Source: Salpingoeca rosetta
Lineage: Eukaryota; Protista; Choanoflagellata
DNA length: 64,000 nt
Assembly (NCBI GenBank): GCA_033442325.1
Contig: JAWQFM010000025.1
Location: forward strand, 565,843 to 629,842
Direction: 5' to 3'
In this document: piece by piece, positions 37,423 to 49,759 of the stretch
How positions within the stretch are numbered: position 1 is the first letter of the stretch
Layout: every line of letters begins with the position of its first letter
Made by a program: the position numbers and the translations under genes
Notes under the pieces: model-generated
Seen by the model: the letters and a program-made list of their open reading frames with translations, nothing else
Database searches by the model: none
Told to the model about the DNA's origin: nothing

Positions 37423-38703
37423 CGATGATGACGATGAAGAAGAAGGGGCATGTGGACGCGTGCTTGCATCAGGCCAGGCCAGTTGTCAAAGGGAACGGGC
37501 GGATTGTGGTTTGATTCTCCGCTGCTGTCCTCGTTATGTGTTGGTGTCTGTGCTTGTGTCGGCCTCTCTGCGTCGATGGTCTTCAGCTTCTTCGTCTCCT
37601 CTTTTCCTGTCGTGTGTGCTGTTGTCGTTCATNNNNNNNNNNNNNNNNNNNNNNNNNNNNNNNNNNNNNNNNNNNNNNNNNNNNNNNNNNNNNNNNNNNN
37701 NNNNNNNNNNNNNNNNNNNNNNNNNNNNNNNNTCGTTGTTGTTGGAGTGTATTTCATCTCCCCTTCCGTGTATGCTGCTGCTGTTGCTGCTTCAGCACGC
37801 CATGCGTCTTGTTCAATCTTTGCTGTCCTCGTGCACAACACGGTGGCATCTGTCTTGATTCTGCAGCAGCAAAGCACACCAAGGGAAAGCGTGAGAGGAC
37901 ACACACACACACGCACACACACACACGCACACACGCACACACGCACACACACACACACACGTACACGCATTGCCTGTGGAACGGACCGTGGAATGAAATC
38001 GCTGCTCGCGTGCTGCGACGTTGCGATGTGGACAGAGAGAGGTATTCACCCAGCATCCGTCTGCCCGAGTATGCGTGTGTGTATGCATGTACGCGCGCGC
38101 ATGTTGGCATTGTGAGGGTCAGTTGCACGTTGCAGGAGGTTGGCGGAGTCCAACACACAACACACGCACGCAAGACGGTGTGCGTGTGAAAGACAACGTA
38201 GAGCACTGGCATGAACACGCAAGCACCCCCGCACGCTGTTCCAAGCGCAGGGGACTTGCCCTCGAAGCAGCACCACTCACAATCACACGCACACATGCGC
38301 GCGCGCACACGCACACGCACAAACACACACATGCGCATGCCCACGCACAAACACACACGCACACACACGCGCGCGCGCACACACACACACTCTCATCTAC
38401 ACACTACCTTATGTGCGTGGGTTGGATGGATTGTGTGGCAGCCTCAGCAACCAGCACGATTGTCATAACCACACGAGGGCACGCGTTGGCATGGTTGCAG
38501 CCGCCTCTGTCGTTCTTCTGGCTTGCATGGAGTCATGCCACTTGGAACTGACAAGCCCAAACGGCAACCGCAAAGTGTGAACGTTTGTGTGGCGTGTCAG
38601 TAAAGACGAGAGTGAGCAATCGTGGTTGTATGCGTTTCGCGCAAACGCACGATCGGCTCATGATCAACCAAGCACAGCCCAACACATGCACACGCACCGG
38701 AGC

Positions 38704-38804
<101 letters not shown>

Positions 38805-40077
38805 CGTGTGTGTGTGTGTGTATGGTGTGTGTGTGTGACCTTGCTTCTTTTTATTGGGGAAAACTCGCTGAAATCTTACACTGTTCCCAGCGCTCAGAGA
38901 TGGGGAAGGGGTAAAACAGAGGGCAGCGGTGTGCATGGGCGAATGTGTGTGAGAGCAGGCGCCGCTTAGTGTGACCTCAAAGAACGAAATCTTGTGAACT
39001 GCGTGGTCGATTCTCTCCAAAGTGTAACCGATGCTCCCTGAAGTAGCAAGAGCCATCCCACGCCAAAGCTCCAAAGAGCACAGTGCGTGTACCTGTGGTT
39101 GGTTGCAGGCCTGTGGAGTGCTCACAGCGAGTGTGCACATCTGCCAAGGCAGTCACTGGGCTGATGTGTGCTTCATCAGGGAGAAATACGAGAAGTCAGA
39201 GCCGGAGCCACGAAAGAGACTTTCACTTCTTCAGTGCAGTTAAGCCTCATTGTTTCTCTATTTGCTCCGGTTGCAGCCTTGCGTGTTTGAGGGTGCAAGC
39301 GCAGCAAGCGTGCTGCCCACAGTTTCTATTGTGGAGCGCGCTTGTGTTTGTGGTGTGCGAATGTGTGGTCGGCGGTGAATCAGTATGCAAGCAAGCGCGC
39401 CAACAGACAAAATCTCACAACGAACACACGCTGTGTCCATGCTCTCGCTCTCAGCGTACTTGCCCAGCAGCTTTCATNNNNNNNNNNNNNNNNNNNNNNN
39501 NNNNNNNNNNNNNNNNNNNNNNNNNNNNNNNNNNNNNNNNNNNNNNNNNNNNNNNNNNNNNNNNNNNNNNNNNNNNNNNNNNNNNNNNNNNNNNNNNNNN
39601 NNNNNNNNNNNNNNNNNNNNNNNNNNNNNNNNNNNNNNNNNNNNNNNNNNNNNNNNNNNNNNNNNNNNNNNNNNNNNNNNNNNNNNNNNNNNNNNNNNNN
39701 NNNNNNNNNNNNNNNNNNNNNNNNNNNNNNNNNNNNNNNNNNNNNNNNNNNNNNNNNNNNNNNNNNNNNNNNNNNNNNNNNNNNNNNNNNNNNNNNNNNN
39801 NNNNNNNNNNNNNNNNNNNNNNNNNNNNACTCCCACGTTGCAACACGCAGGCACAAGCCACATTTATTCCAAACGCCATGAGCTTACTTGAAGGCAGTGG
39901 TGGCGGCACCAGGGTGATGCTGGTTTGGGTGTAGGCAGTAGAGTGCCAGTGACACGTGCATCGCATCAGTCAGTCGACACAGGTGTGTGAGAGACGGCGA
40001 GCGCCGTGCACATCCACTGTCATGCCTCTTCCCTGTTGTTTTCAATGAGAGCGTGTGCGTGTGTGTTTGTGTGTGCA

Positions 40078-40114
<37 letters not shown>

Positions 40115-41045
40115 ATGTTTGTGTGTGTGATTTTGAGTGTGAGTGTGTGGAGAAGCGTGCCCGCACGCAAGAAGGCTGTCTTTCTGTCTGGGTTCCTCCA
40201 CGCACAATCGCAGCGACACACACGCCTGCTGTTGTCATCTTTCAAGAGCAAGACAGAGACAACACAAAGCACAGAGAGAGAGGCGCACACAACCCCTTCT
40301 GCCTGCAGTGCATCTCTAGTTGGCTGGCTGCAACAACAGAAGAGGCGCAGAGCCCACGACTCTTATCACTCACCACCATTGTCGTCGTGGTTGTCTTCTG
40401 CAGCACAGCAGCTTGTTTGCTGTCTGTGCTTTTGCTTGCAAGCACGAAGCAGCAACAGCATTGTTCGGCACCGTCCTGAATTCAGTTTTTTGCAGAACCA
40501 AAAACACACGACCCTGACCAACGCTTCGCAAACAAAACGTGGTTGAGTGAAAGTTGTTGGGTTTCTGGCAACCCATGCACATGCACTCTTCCACTCCACC
40601 AGCACCTCCTCGCTCATCGTCCACTGACGGACCTTCCCTTGCCCGTTCCCTTGCCATCAAGGCAACGCAGGGAACGAACACATGTTGAGACGTGTTGCAG
40701 TGGGCCAAAGCGCCAACCCTGACAACCCCCAACCCTGACAACAACTAGAACTTTTTCGCATGGAAAAGGTGTTTTTCCCTTTGTTGTCTCCTTGCTGCGT
40801 GCCCAGTGGCTGGAACGAAAGTCATGGCGACGTCTAGGATGTGGGTGTGGTTGTGTGGCTGCCAGCTGCAGCAGGGAGATGGGAGATGATGATGGTTGGT
40901 GGGTGGTTGGCGCTTTGACATTTTTCCAACCACCTCGACAACCATCGGAAGTCACACTCCAGCACACACTCACACAGCGAGGACATCACCCACAATTACC
41001 CCATACCGGCCACAGTCTCTTCCACAGAATAAGAGGGGGCAAAAC

Positions 41046-44000
41046 ATGATGGCACACACATCCACCGCATCCATGCTGCACTTCCTGATGATCGTGCTCG
41101 CCACGGCCCTCACTGCGGCCTCACCGGTCACGGCACAACAGAACGGCACAGCGGTCCCTGCCGCGTACCGCATCCAAATCGGCTGCGTCCTCTCCCCACT
41201 TCACCCAGGTGGGTTCCATGTGTTTGTGCGTGGCTGTGCGCGTGCAAAGGTGTACGTGCAAACGCATTGGTGTTCTCGCTTGCTTGTTGGTTTCCTTGCC
41301 ACCCCTGCAGCGTGTCGCTGTCGCTGCGTCACTTCCACTTGCTTGTTCGCGAACTCGCAACTCCACGACTTGGGCGTTGTCACATCACCACACACGCACA
41401 CTTGCTTGCATTTTCCGTGTCACCAGAGGCATGTGATGCCTACGAGAACTTCCTGAACGCTGTTATCCCCGGCCTCTTTGCCTTTCACCGCATGTCGGAA
41501 CTGGAGCTGCTGGATCAGGTCGACACCCTGGAGTATGCACTCGTCGACACCAAGACCATGTCTTGCCTCGACGTCGAACAAGGATTCGCCCCTCTCAACG
41601 GCTTTGGCCTCCCCGTCGTCACAGGTGTGTGTGTGTGTGTGCCTGTGCCTGTGTGTCTGCGTGTATCTGTGTGTGTGTGTGTCTGTGTGTGTGTGTGTGT
41701 GTCTGTCTGTCTGTGTGTGTCTGTCTGTCTGTCTGTCTGTGTGTGTCTGTGTGTGTCTGTGTGTGTGTCTGTGTGTGTCTGCGTTTGCCTCTCTGAGCGA
41801 GTGTCAGATGTTTGCCTCTCTGAGCGAGTGTCACGTCGTCAACCGCTTGAGAAACTGCTCAACCGCACGAACAGCTTGATTTCTCGCAAGGTGGACCAAC
41901 TTACCACTCTCCATGTGTGTGTTGATGTGTGTGTGTGGTGCAATCCTGTGCACATTGGCCTCCTGGCTTGTCTCCTGTCTCACTCCTGTCTCACACCAAC
42001 ACCGCACCACACTGCAACATCTGCCCCAACTCAAACACACAGATCCAGTTCCTGGGCACACACGAGCGTGTGCTTGATGCCGTGCTGTCTGGCGATGCTG
42101 CTGCCGGCATGGTGCAAACCGGTTTCCTCGAGCAAGCCGCCCATGACGGGCTGCTCAACTGGGAAGACATCGACATCCTCGCCCAGGAGATTGCCATCAC
42201 CGAAGACGGCACGCGCTTCCCCTACTTCAGCTCAACCCTTATCTACCCAGGTTGGACCGTTGTTGCCACCAGCTTCTCATCGCTGCAGGCGCGCACCGAT
42301 GTGCTCAACTTTGTCCTCGCCGTCCCCAGCACCACCATCGCCTTCACGTCGCCCGAGAGCTTTGCCGGTGTCGGCGATATCCTGGTGAGCGAACTGAGTT
42401 GTGGAGAGGGGCTTGTGTGGTACGCATGTTGCTGCATGCTTCCACTGCGCACACACATGACAGTGCTTGCTTGGCTGCGGCATGCATGCACAACACTCGC
42501 GCATTCCAATTCCAATGCTTCCACACACTCATTCCCCACCTATCACGTTCGCTCCAACATGATCACAACCACCAACACAGGAGAACTTTGGCGTGATTGA
42601 GCGCGATCTTGTGCGCACGACAGAGACCCGCTGCGTCCGCAAGGCGTCCCACGTCGTCGTCCCGGAGACGAACGAGGGTGCAGCACCCGCCGTTGCGATG
42701 GATGATGGCGAAGCACAAGCTGAGCAAATCGATGAACCTGGCGCCGTCGTGTTGGCCGCTTCAGGTGGTGACGCGGGTTCCAACGCGCACACCAGCGAGC
42801 TTGTGACCTCCCAGGTCATCTGCCCCAACACGCACTTCATCTTCAACCACGTCGTGCTCGCCACCCGCTGTGCCGGCCGCTCGTGCCCCGATCAAGCCCG
42901 CTGCCTCTGCCGCCCATGCCAGAAGTCACCGCCTGTGCTGGTATGTGTGTGCATGAGTGTGTGTGTATGATGTACTTGACTGCCTGCACACATGTTTGTG
43001 TGCGTGTTTTCGTGCGTCCATCTGCTTTCTTTTGCTGTGGTTGGTTTCGTTCAACCCAACGTCGCTCATTCAACCATTCAATTGTGGTCTCTGGTTGCTT
43101 CCTCTTGCCTGCAGGCACACGTTTCTCCGGTGCAGGTGACAGAGCAGTTCTTCCAACAGGACACCGCCGTGGCAGCCCGGGATGTGCTGTTGACGTCGTG
43201 CGAGCGCATGCGTGTGTGCGCATTTTCACAGCAGGCGCAAACGCTCCACTTCGTTCTGGAGGACCAGCTCTATTTTGAGCGACCAAACAAGGACACATTG
43301 TTCTACTTTGTCAGCCTCTTCTGGGCAGAAGCAGATGGGACCACGAGCACCGAAGCCGTGCCTCTTCCCACCTATCCAAACCTCGCGGCATTCAACATCA
43401 CGGGCACCCGCTACGGCACTGGCGTTGTCGAGGTGAGCAGGCATGCACTTGTGATTGCGTCGCCATCGCAGCAAATTCAGAAGAGTGGCTCCATGTGCAT
43501 TTCTTCACGCCTGCATGAGCCTTCTCACAATCTGAGTCACCCACCGATCTGCCCCCACCCGCTTCGTGCTTTGATGCCCCATCTCACCCAAAACACGCAC
43601 ACACGCGCGCGCATGTACACACATACATACGCACACACACACACATACACATGCAGATCTATGTTGCTGACCGCAACACGGAGATCACCGAGTGGCAGCC
43701 CATTGATGGAAGCCCTTTCCTGCTTCAGGTCTCGCCACGCGACTGCCCAGATGGAATGGAGCCCACGCAGGACAACACGTGCGAATGCCCCGTGGGTACG
43801 CTGGAAGTCAATGGCGGGTGCATGCAGGCAAAGGAGTATCTGCCCATCTTCATCGGCAGTGCCCTGGCTGTGATTGGCATCGGCGTGTACATTGCCATTG
43901 CGGTGGTGCGACGAAACGCAGACAAGCTGTGGCAGATTGACGCGGCAGACGTTGTTGTGAGCGACCCGCCCGAGGTGCTTGGGATGGGCGCGTTTGGTGT

Positions 44001-45147
44001 TGTGATCAAGGGGGAGCTGAACGGCACCGGCATCGCCATCAAGCGCGTCATGCCACGATCATCCAAGAAGACGACAGACACAAACGGGCGCAGCACTCGC
44101 ACGAGGGGCAGGATCGCCAGCAGCAAGCGCAGTGCCAAGAGTGCCAGCACCGTTGACAGCAGCAACGTCGACGTGTACTCGATGAACGCGACCAGCACCA
44201 TCCAAGCATCCAAGACAACCAATGGCTTTGGCATGAAGTTTGGCAACGTCGACAATGAGGCAGCGATTGAGCGGGCGCTGGAGTGGCAGGATGCGGAAGC
44301 AAACAAGGCAACAACAGCCCGCACCGGCCACGGCAAGGAGATCTCCAACGCCAAGTGCGTGCGATGGCTGTTTTTGTCGGTGTGTGTGTGTGTTTATGTC
44401 TGTGTGTGCATCTTTGTGTGTTGGTGCGCTGGAGGTGAGAAAGCATCACCTGGCTGCTACTCATCAACCCATTTGTTGCATGTTCTTGTTTCGCAGGTCT
44501 GAGTTCATGGCGGAGATTCGCCTGCTGTCGCGCCTGCGTCACCCGTGCGTCGCCACCATGCTCGGCGCCATCGTCACAAAGTCAAGCGAAGTTCTCCTCG
44601 TCATGGAATACCTCGAGCACGGGTTAGTTGTGTGCGTGCGTGTGTGTGTGTGTGTGTGCGTGTGTGTGTGTGTGTGCGTGTGCTTGTGTGTGTGTGTGTG
44701 TGCGTGTGCTTGTGTGTGCTTGTGTGTGTATCTATCTTTCTACCTGTCTACCTGTCTGTGTACGTGTGTGCGTGTGTGTCGCGTGCTGCTTGGGGATGCT
44801 TGCAAGCAAACTGGCAGAGCCCTTCTCATCGCTCACAATTGGTTGTCACAACCCATCACTGCTCGAACGCTGCTCCAACCAACGACAGGTCGCTGTATGA
44901 CTTCCTGCGCAACGACAAGCTGCCGACACCAGACATGTTCCTGCTGCCCATTGTCAAGGACATTGTGTCTGGCATGCGCTACATCCACAACCTCAAGCCA
45001 CCGGTTGTGCACGGCGATCTCAAGGCGAAGAACGTGCTTGTGGATGGCAACTTCAAGGCCAAGATCTCCGACTTTGGTCTCTCCCAGAAGCAACGCTTTG
45101 GCTGTGGCACACCAATGTGGATGGCGCCAGGTGTGTGTGTGTCTGTA

Positions 45148-45181
<34 letters not shown>

Positions 45182-47025
45182 TGTGTACATGTAGTGGTGT
45201 ACTGCTTTGAACGTGCGTGCATGCAAGCACGTGCATATGTATTCGGGTGTGTGTGTGTGTGTGACACAGTTGCGTTCTTTTCCCCCTACCTCAACACCCA
45301 TACATACCTTTCAACCACGACCACTCACAATCATCGCCAACACAACCATCACAACCCACCATCACAACCATCACAACCACTGCAACCACCGCAACCATCA
45401 CAACCATGCAGAGGTGCTGCGCGGAGGAGAGGTGACGCGGGAGGCGGACGTGTACAGCTTCGCCATCACCGTGTACGAGATCTACAGCCGACAGGACCCG
45501 TTCCCAGAAGAAGACGCGTCGGAGGTGCTGCGTCAGATTGCCGCGCGCCAGGTGCCGGCAAAGCGACCCGACATCCCAGACTCGTGCCCCGTCATGCTGG
45601 CTGAGCTTGCGCGGCGGTGCTGGTCCGAGGAGCCCAAGTTCCGGCCAACGTTTGACCAGGTGGATGCGCAGCTGGGCGAGCTGAACATCAGCAAGGTGGG
45701 CGCAAGCCTCATCCAGCAGAAGCAGGACGCACTCAACAAGGCCACGGTGCTCAACGACGTGTTCCCAGAGCACATTGCCAAGATGCTGGAGGAGGGCAAG
45801 AAGGTGCACCCGGAGCACAAGGACGACGTGACCATCTTCTCTCCGACATTGTGGGCTTCACCAACATCAGCGCCGCAGCTGACGCCAGCAGCGGTNNNNN
45901 NNNNNNNNNNNNNNNNNNNNNNNNNNNNNNNNNNNNNNNNNNNNNNNNNNNNNNNNNNNNNNNNNNNNNNNNNNNNNNNNNNNNNNNNNNNNNNNNNNNN
46001 NNNNNNNNNNNNNNNNNNNNNNNNNNNNNNNNNNNNNNNNNNNNNNNNNNNNNNNNNNNNNNNNNNNNNNNNNNNNNNNNNNNNNNNNNNNNNNNNNNNN
46101 NNNNNNNNNNNNNNNNNNNNNNNNNNNNNNNNNNNNNNNNNNNNNNNNNNNNNNNNNNNNNNNNNNNNNNNNNNNNNNNNNNNNNNNNNNNNNNNNNNNN
46201 NNNNNNNNNNNNNNNNNNNNNNNNNNNNNTCGAGCGAGCGCAACAGATCCACATGTCGACGTCTGCGGGGGACCGCGTGCGGAGCCAGCGCCGTGGGTGA
46301 AGCTTGAGTCGCGCGGGGTGCAGAACATCAAGGGCAAGGGCGAGATGCTGACATACTGGCTGGTGAGCACGAGGAAACCTGAGCAGACGGGGCGTGTTGC
46401 CATTGCTGAGAACGAGGCCACCGTCATTGACATGGGCGAGGGTGACGATGCAAGCAGCTGCGGCATCGATGATGGCGATTGTCACGATCAAGAGCACACC
46501 GGTGATGACGCCGACGGCCACAAGAACAGCGCGCAGCCGAGGGACAGCATTGGGGGCGGGTTTGTGTTCAAGAAAAAGTGTGCGTCGTCCATTGGGCGGC
46601 AGTCGGCAGGAACGCACGAGAGCCGCGCATCGGCGCGCGTGTCCCTGAGCTCCGTGTCGTGGCTCAATGATGCAAAGGAGTTTGAGGCCCTGTCACGTGA
46701 CAGCTTTGGCAGCCGTCGCACCTCCACCACCCCACGCAACCCACCACCACCACCACCGTCGTCGTCGTCACCATTGTCGGCAATGCCCCCTTCCCCTTGT
46801 GATGACCACGATGACCATGATGGTGACGCGTCGCGGCCGAAGAAGAAGCGCTCGTCGTACTACGCGCTGGCGGCGGTGGATGCAGAGGCCTCGCCCAACA
46901 ACCGCAGATACAGCGCCATCATGGAGGGCAGCGATGACGATGAAGTGGACGAGGGGACGGGAACGCGAGGTGATGGAAACAGCGTCACCATCTCCATCCA
47001 AGAATCAGAAAGCGTTGACGTGTAA
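41046..47025 (+). CDS. Receptor-type TKL Ser/Thr kinase fused to a class III adenylyl/guanylyl cyclase, with a phosphonate-binding (PBP2)-like and Cys-rich ectodomain
   Basis: Signal peptide; exons ~41046-41208, 41427-41624, 41808-41890, 42043-42384, 42581-42940, 43115-43432, 43657-44354, 44497-44621, 44890-45130, 45412-47025 (gap inside). PBP-like '[25 protein letters not shown]...[13 protein letters not shown]'; TM '[23 protein letters not shown]'; [29 protein letters not shown]; cyclase 'VFPEHIA...VTIF.SDIVGFT' and 'IHMS...[16 protein letters not shown]'. Confidence 0.9.
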
Positions 47026-47406
47026 TGTGTGTGTGTGTGTGTGATGTGGTTGTGTGTGTGTGTGTGGGGGGGGGGTGTTGTGTGTGTGTGTGTGTTGTGT
47101 GTGTGTGTGTGCGTATGTGTGTGTGTGTGATGTTGTTGTGTGTGAGAGAGAGAGACACACACACACCAGGGAGAGAGGATGTGCGTATGTGGATTACTCT
47201 TGTTGGTTTGGTGTTTTGGTAATGCCCGTAGCCGTATCAAGAAGTGTTACTCGCACGCATTGGTGTGTGGTGTGCAGTTCTGTTGTGTTCTGTGTTCTTC
47301 CGTTGTTGTTGATTTGTCCGCTGTGTTTCGTGGCGTCACTGTCTGTGCCTGTTCAAGCGTCGACGCGGCGGCATGTCCACGTGTTTTGCCGGCTTTATTT
47401 TGATTT

Positions 47407-47524
47407 GATCTGCCGCTTGGCAGTGCGTTCTTGCTTCATACATAGACACACATGAGTTCATACATTGCCACAGCACCCAGGTTATATTTGTTGGTGTGGT
47501 TGGTTCTCAGTGCCCATCGAGACA
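47407..47524 (+). repeat. Dispersed direct repeat, copy 1 (matches 63883-64000)
   Basis: 118 bp, 4 mismatches by eye. Confidence 0.93.
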
Positions 47525-48032
47525 TGGTTGTTGATTTGTAGATGACAACACACGCACACACACGCACATACACACGCACATACACACGCACATACACACG
47601 CACATACACACGCACATACACACACATAAGCAGACAAGCGCGTGCTGACATGATTCATTCATGTGAGTCATGTGGCAGCATGGACAAGTGGCAGCCGTTT
47701 GCAGGCCAGCTATGAAGCAAGGTGAAGCAGCGCAGGCAAAGAACACGTGCACATCATATTGAAGAAGCATCAGTGACGTGTGTAACATGACATAAACAAT
47801 CAACACCGGTTCACAAGACGGAAGTGGCCGTGATCGCGCAAGCAGGAGAGTGGGGCAGGGGGGGGGCAAAGCGATGCGAGCAGAACGTAATGTTGCGCGA
47901 AGTGAACACGGGCCAGGCAAGTGGTCAAGCTGACCATGATGTTGCAGGGGGAAAGCACACACAGCCACATGAAGTAACGCATGCATGATGTGTACATGGC
48001 GTGTGGGTGTGGAATTTCAAGCACACACACGT

Positions 48033-48093
<61 letters not shown>

Positions 48094-48106
48094 AAACACA
48101 ACACAG

Positions 48107-49459
48107 TCAGCACCTGGTTGGGCAGGTGAGGAGGTTCTGGAAGCTGGGCACATCAATGCATTCTGCCTGGACATTGCGGCACTGGACGGTGATGAGGCCC
48201 GAGTTGCCCGAGAGGTGCACGCGTGCGCCCACCGCCCGCAGATTGTGGAAATCGAGCGTGCCCATGATGTTGTTGTTGTACAGTTGGAGTGAGTTGCCAA
48301 CACGCGTCAAGGAGGCAAAGTCAACTGCGGTGATGGCGTTGCTGAAGATGAGGGCCAAGCCCCCAATCACCGTCACGTTCGCCATGTTGAGCGACTGCAA
48401 GCCCGTGCTGTAGAGGAGCAGGTTGTCGCTGATGGCGGTGATGCCGCCAAAGTCCACAGCTGTGAGCGGGGGATTCTGCGACAGGTCCAATGCTCCTGGA
48501 ATGCTGGAGAGGCGGCGGAAGTGCACGGACTGCAGCATGTTCTGCTCCATGCTGAGCATGCCGCCGATGCGCATCAGCCCGGCAAAGTTGACGGCTGTGA
48601 GGTCGTTATCGCGCAGGGTGATGTGGCGGCCGACACGCGTGATGCGACCAAAGTCCAGCATCTCCAGATTGTTCACGCTGGCATCCAGGTAGCCGCCGAT
48701 GCGCAAGAGACCGCCAAAGGAGATGGAGGAGATGGAGTTGCCGCGAAGGTCCACGGCGCCCGCCACAAACGTCACCTTGCTGAAGTCCACCATGGTCAGG
48801 CTGCCGCTGGTGGCCAGCACATCCCCGCCGATCCTCTGGATGGTGCCGAAGGACAGCGACGTCTGAGTGCTGGAGACGCTCACGGGCCCGTCAACGTCGT
48901 CGAGAGCGAGGAACTCCTCGCAGCAGCAGTTGATGACCTGGGCGATGATGGGCTGGCTCTGGGCGCGCACCGCAGCGCGCGATGCCGATGACGCACAGTC
49001 CAAGACCATGGGCGTTGGCGGCGGTGATGGCGGTGCCGGCGGTGCCGGCGGTGAGGACGATGATGGTGCTGTTGCGTTGCATGTGGTTGCGAGTTGGCGG
49101 AGGTGCTTCAGGTCCTGCAGCACGTTGATGCCGTTGATCCACACTCCTCCTCCTCCTCCTCCTCCGCTGCTGCTGCTGCTGCTACTGCTGCTGCTGCTGC
49201 TGCTGTTGTTGTTGTTGGTGGTGTTCAGCACAATGTCATGATGGCTGACAAGCACCAGGTTGCCGGAAGTGCCGGCGTCCACACGCAGGTCTCCGTTGCT
49301 GTCCACGCTGACAAATGGGTCGCCGCCATCCCCACCGCCGTCCTCAGCAGCATTCACCACCACCCCAACAGTGCGAGGTGTGAGTGTCGTCAGCAGCGTG
49401 CTTGCGAGAAACAAGAGCACCACCCACGACAAGCAGACACGCACTGCAAGTCGTCTCAT
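48107..49459 (-). CDS. Intronless secreted protein: cubilin-N-like module, S/G/P linker and ~22-aa receptor-L-domain/LRR-like solenoid repeats
   Basis: Likely start MRRLAVRVCLSW (49459) with signal peptide. Repeats of L..VDFG.L.RIGG.L.L..N; Cys-rich caps. 450 aa. Confidence 0.85.
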   Translation of the reverse strand: MRRLAVRVCLSWVVLLFLASTLLTTLTPRTVGVVVNAAEDGGGDGGDPFVSVDSNGDLRVDAGTSGNLVLVSHHDIVLNTTNNNNSSSSSSSSSSSSSGGGGGGGVWINGINVLQDLKHLRQLATTCNATAPSSSSPPAPPAPPSPPPTPMVLDCASSASRAAVRAQSQPIIAQVINCCCEEFLALDDVDGPVSVSSTQTSLSFGTIQRIGGDVLATSGSLTMVDFSKVTFVAGAVDLRGNSISSISFGGLLRIGGYLDASVNNLEMLDFGRITRVGRHITLRDNDLTAVNFAGLMRIGGMLSMEQNMLQSVHFRRLSSIPGALDLSQNPPLTAVDFGGITAISDNLLLYSTGLQSLNMANVTVIGGLALIFSNAITAVDFASLTRVGNSLQLYNNNIMGTLDFHNLRAVGARVHLSGNSGLITVQCRNVQAECIDVPSFQNLLTCPTRC

Positions 49460-49759
49460 TCTTCCTCGCTCCTTCTTGTTTGTGTTTTCTTGTGCGTGTG
49501 TGTGCGATTTTTCTGTGCGTTGTCGACACGCGGACAACAATCGACACTGCAACTGCGGCACTCCACCACACTGACACCCACAGAACCACGTGGCTGCGCT
49601 CCCCCCTTCCCTGCTCTCTCTGCTCTCTGTCTCTTCCCACTCCCCTCCCCTCTCCTCTTTCCCTCCCTTTCTTCCTTGTTCTTCACCCGTTCCTTCTGAC
49701 CTCCCCTTCTTGCCCACACACACACACACAGCACACACCTCACACTCTCATTTCGCCTC

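Noticed and set aside
45835-45850. Frameshifts in the cyclase (VTIF-SDIVGFT, and again near 46295) suggesting a pseudogene
   Set aside because: Small indels within ~70 bp of gap edges are most likely low-quality base calls. The rest of the gene is intact.
49459-49738. 93-aa N-terminal extension of the L-domain ORF
   Set aside because: Non-ATG, low-complexity upstream sequence. The signal peptide starts at the ATG at 49459.
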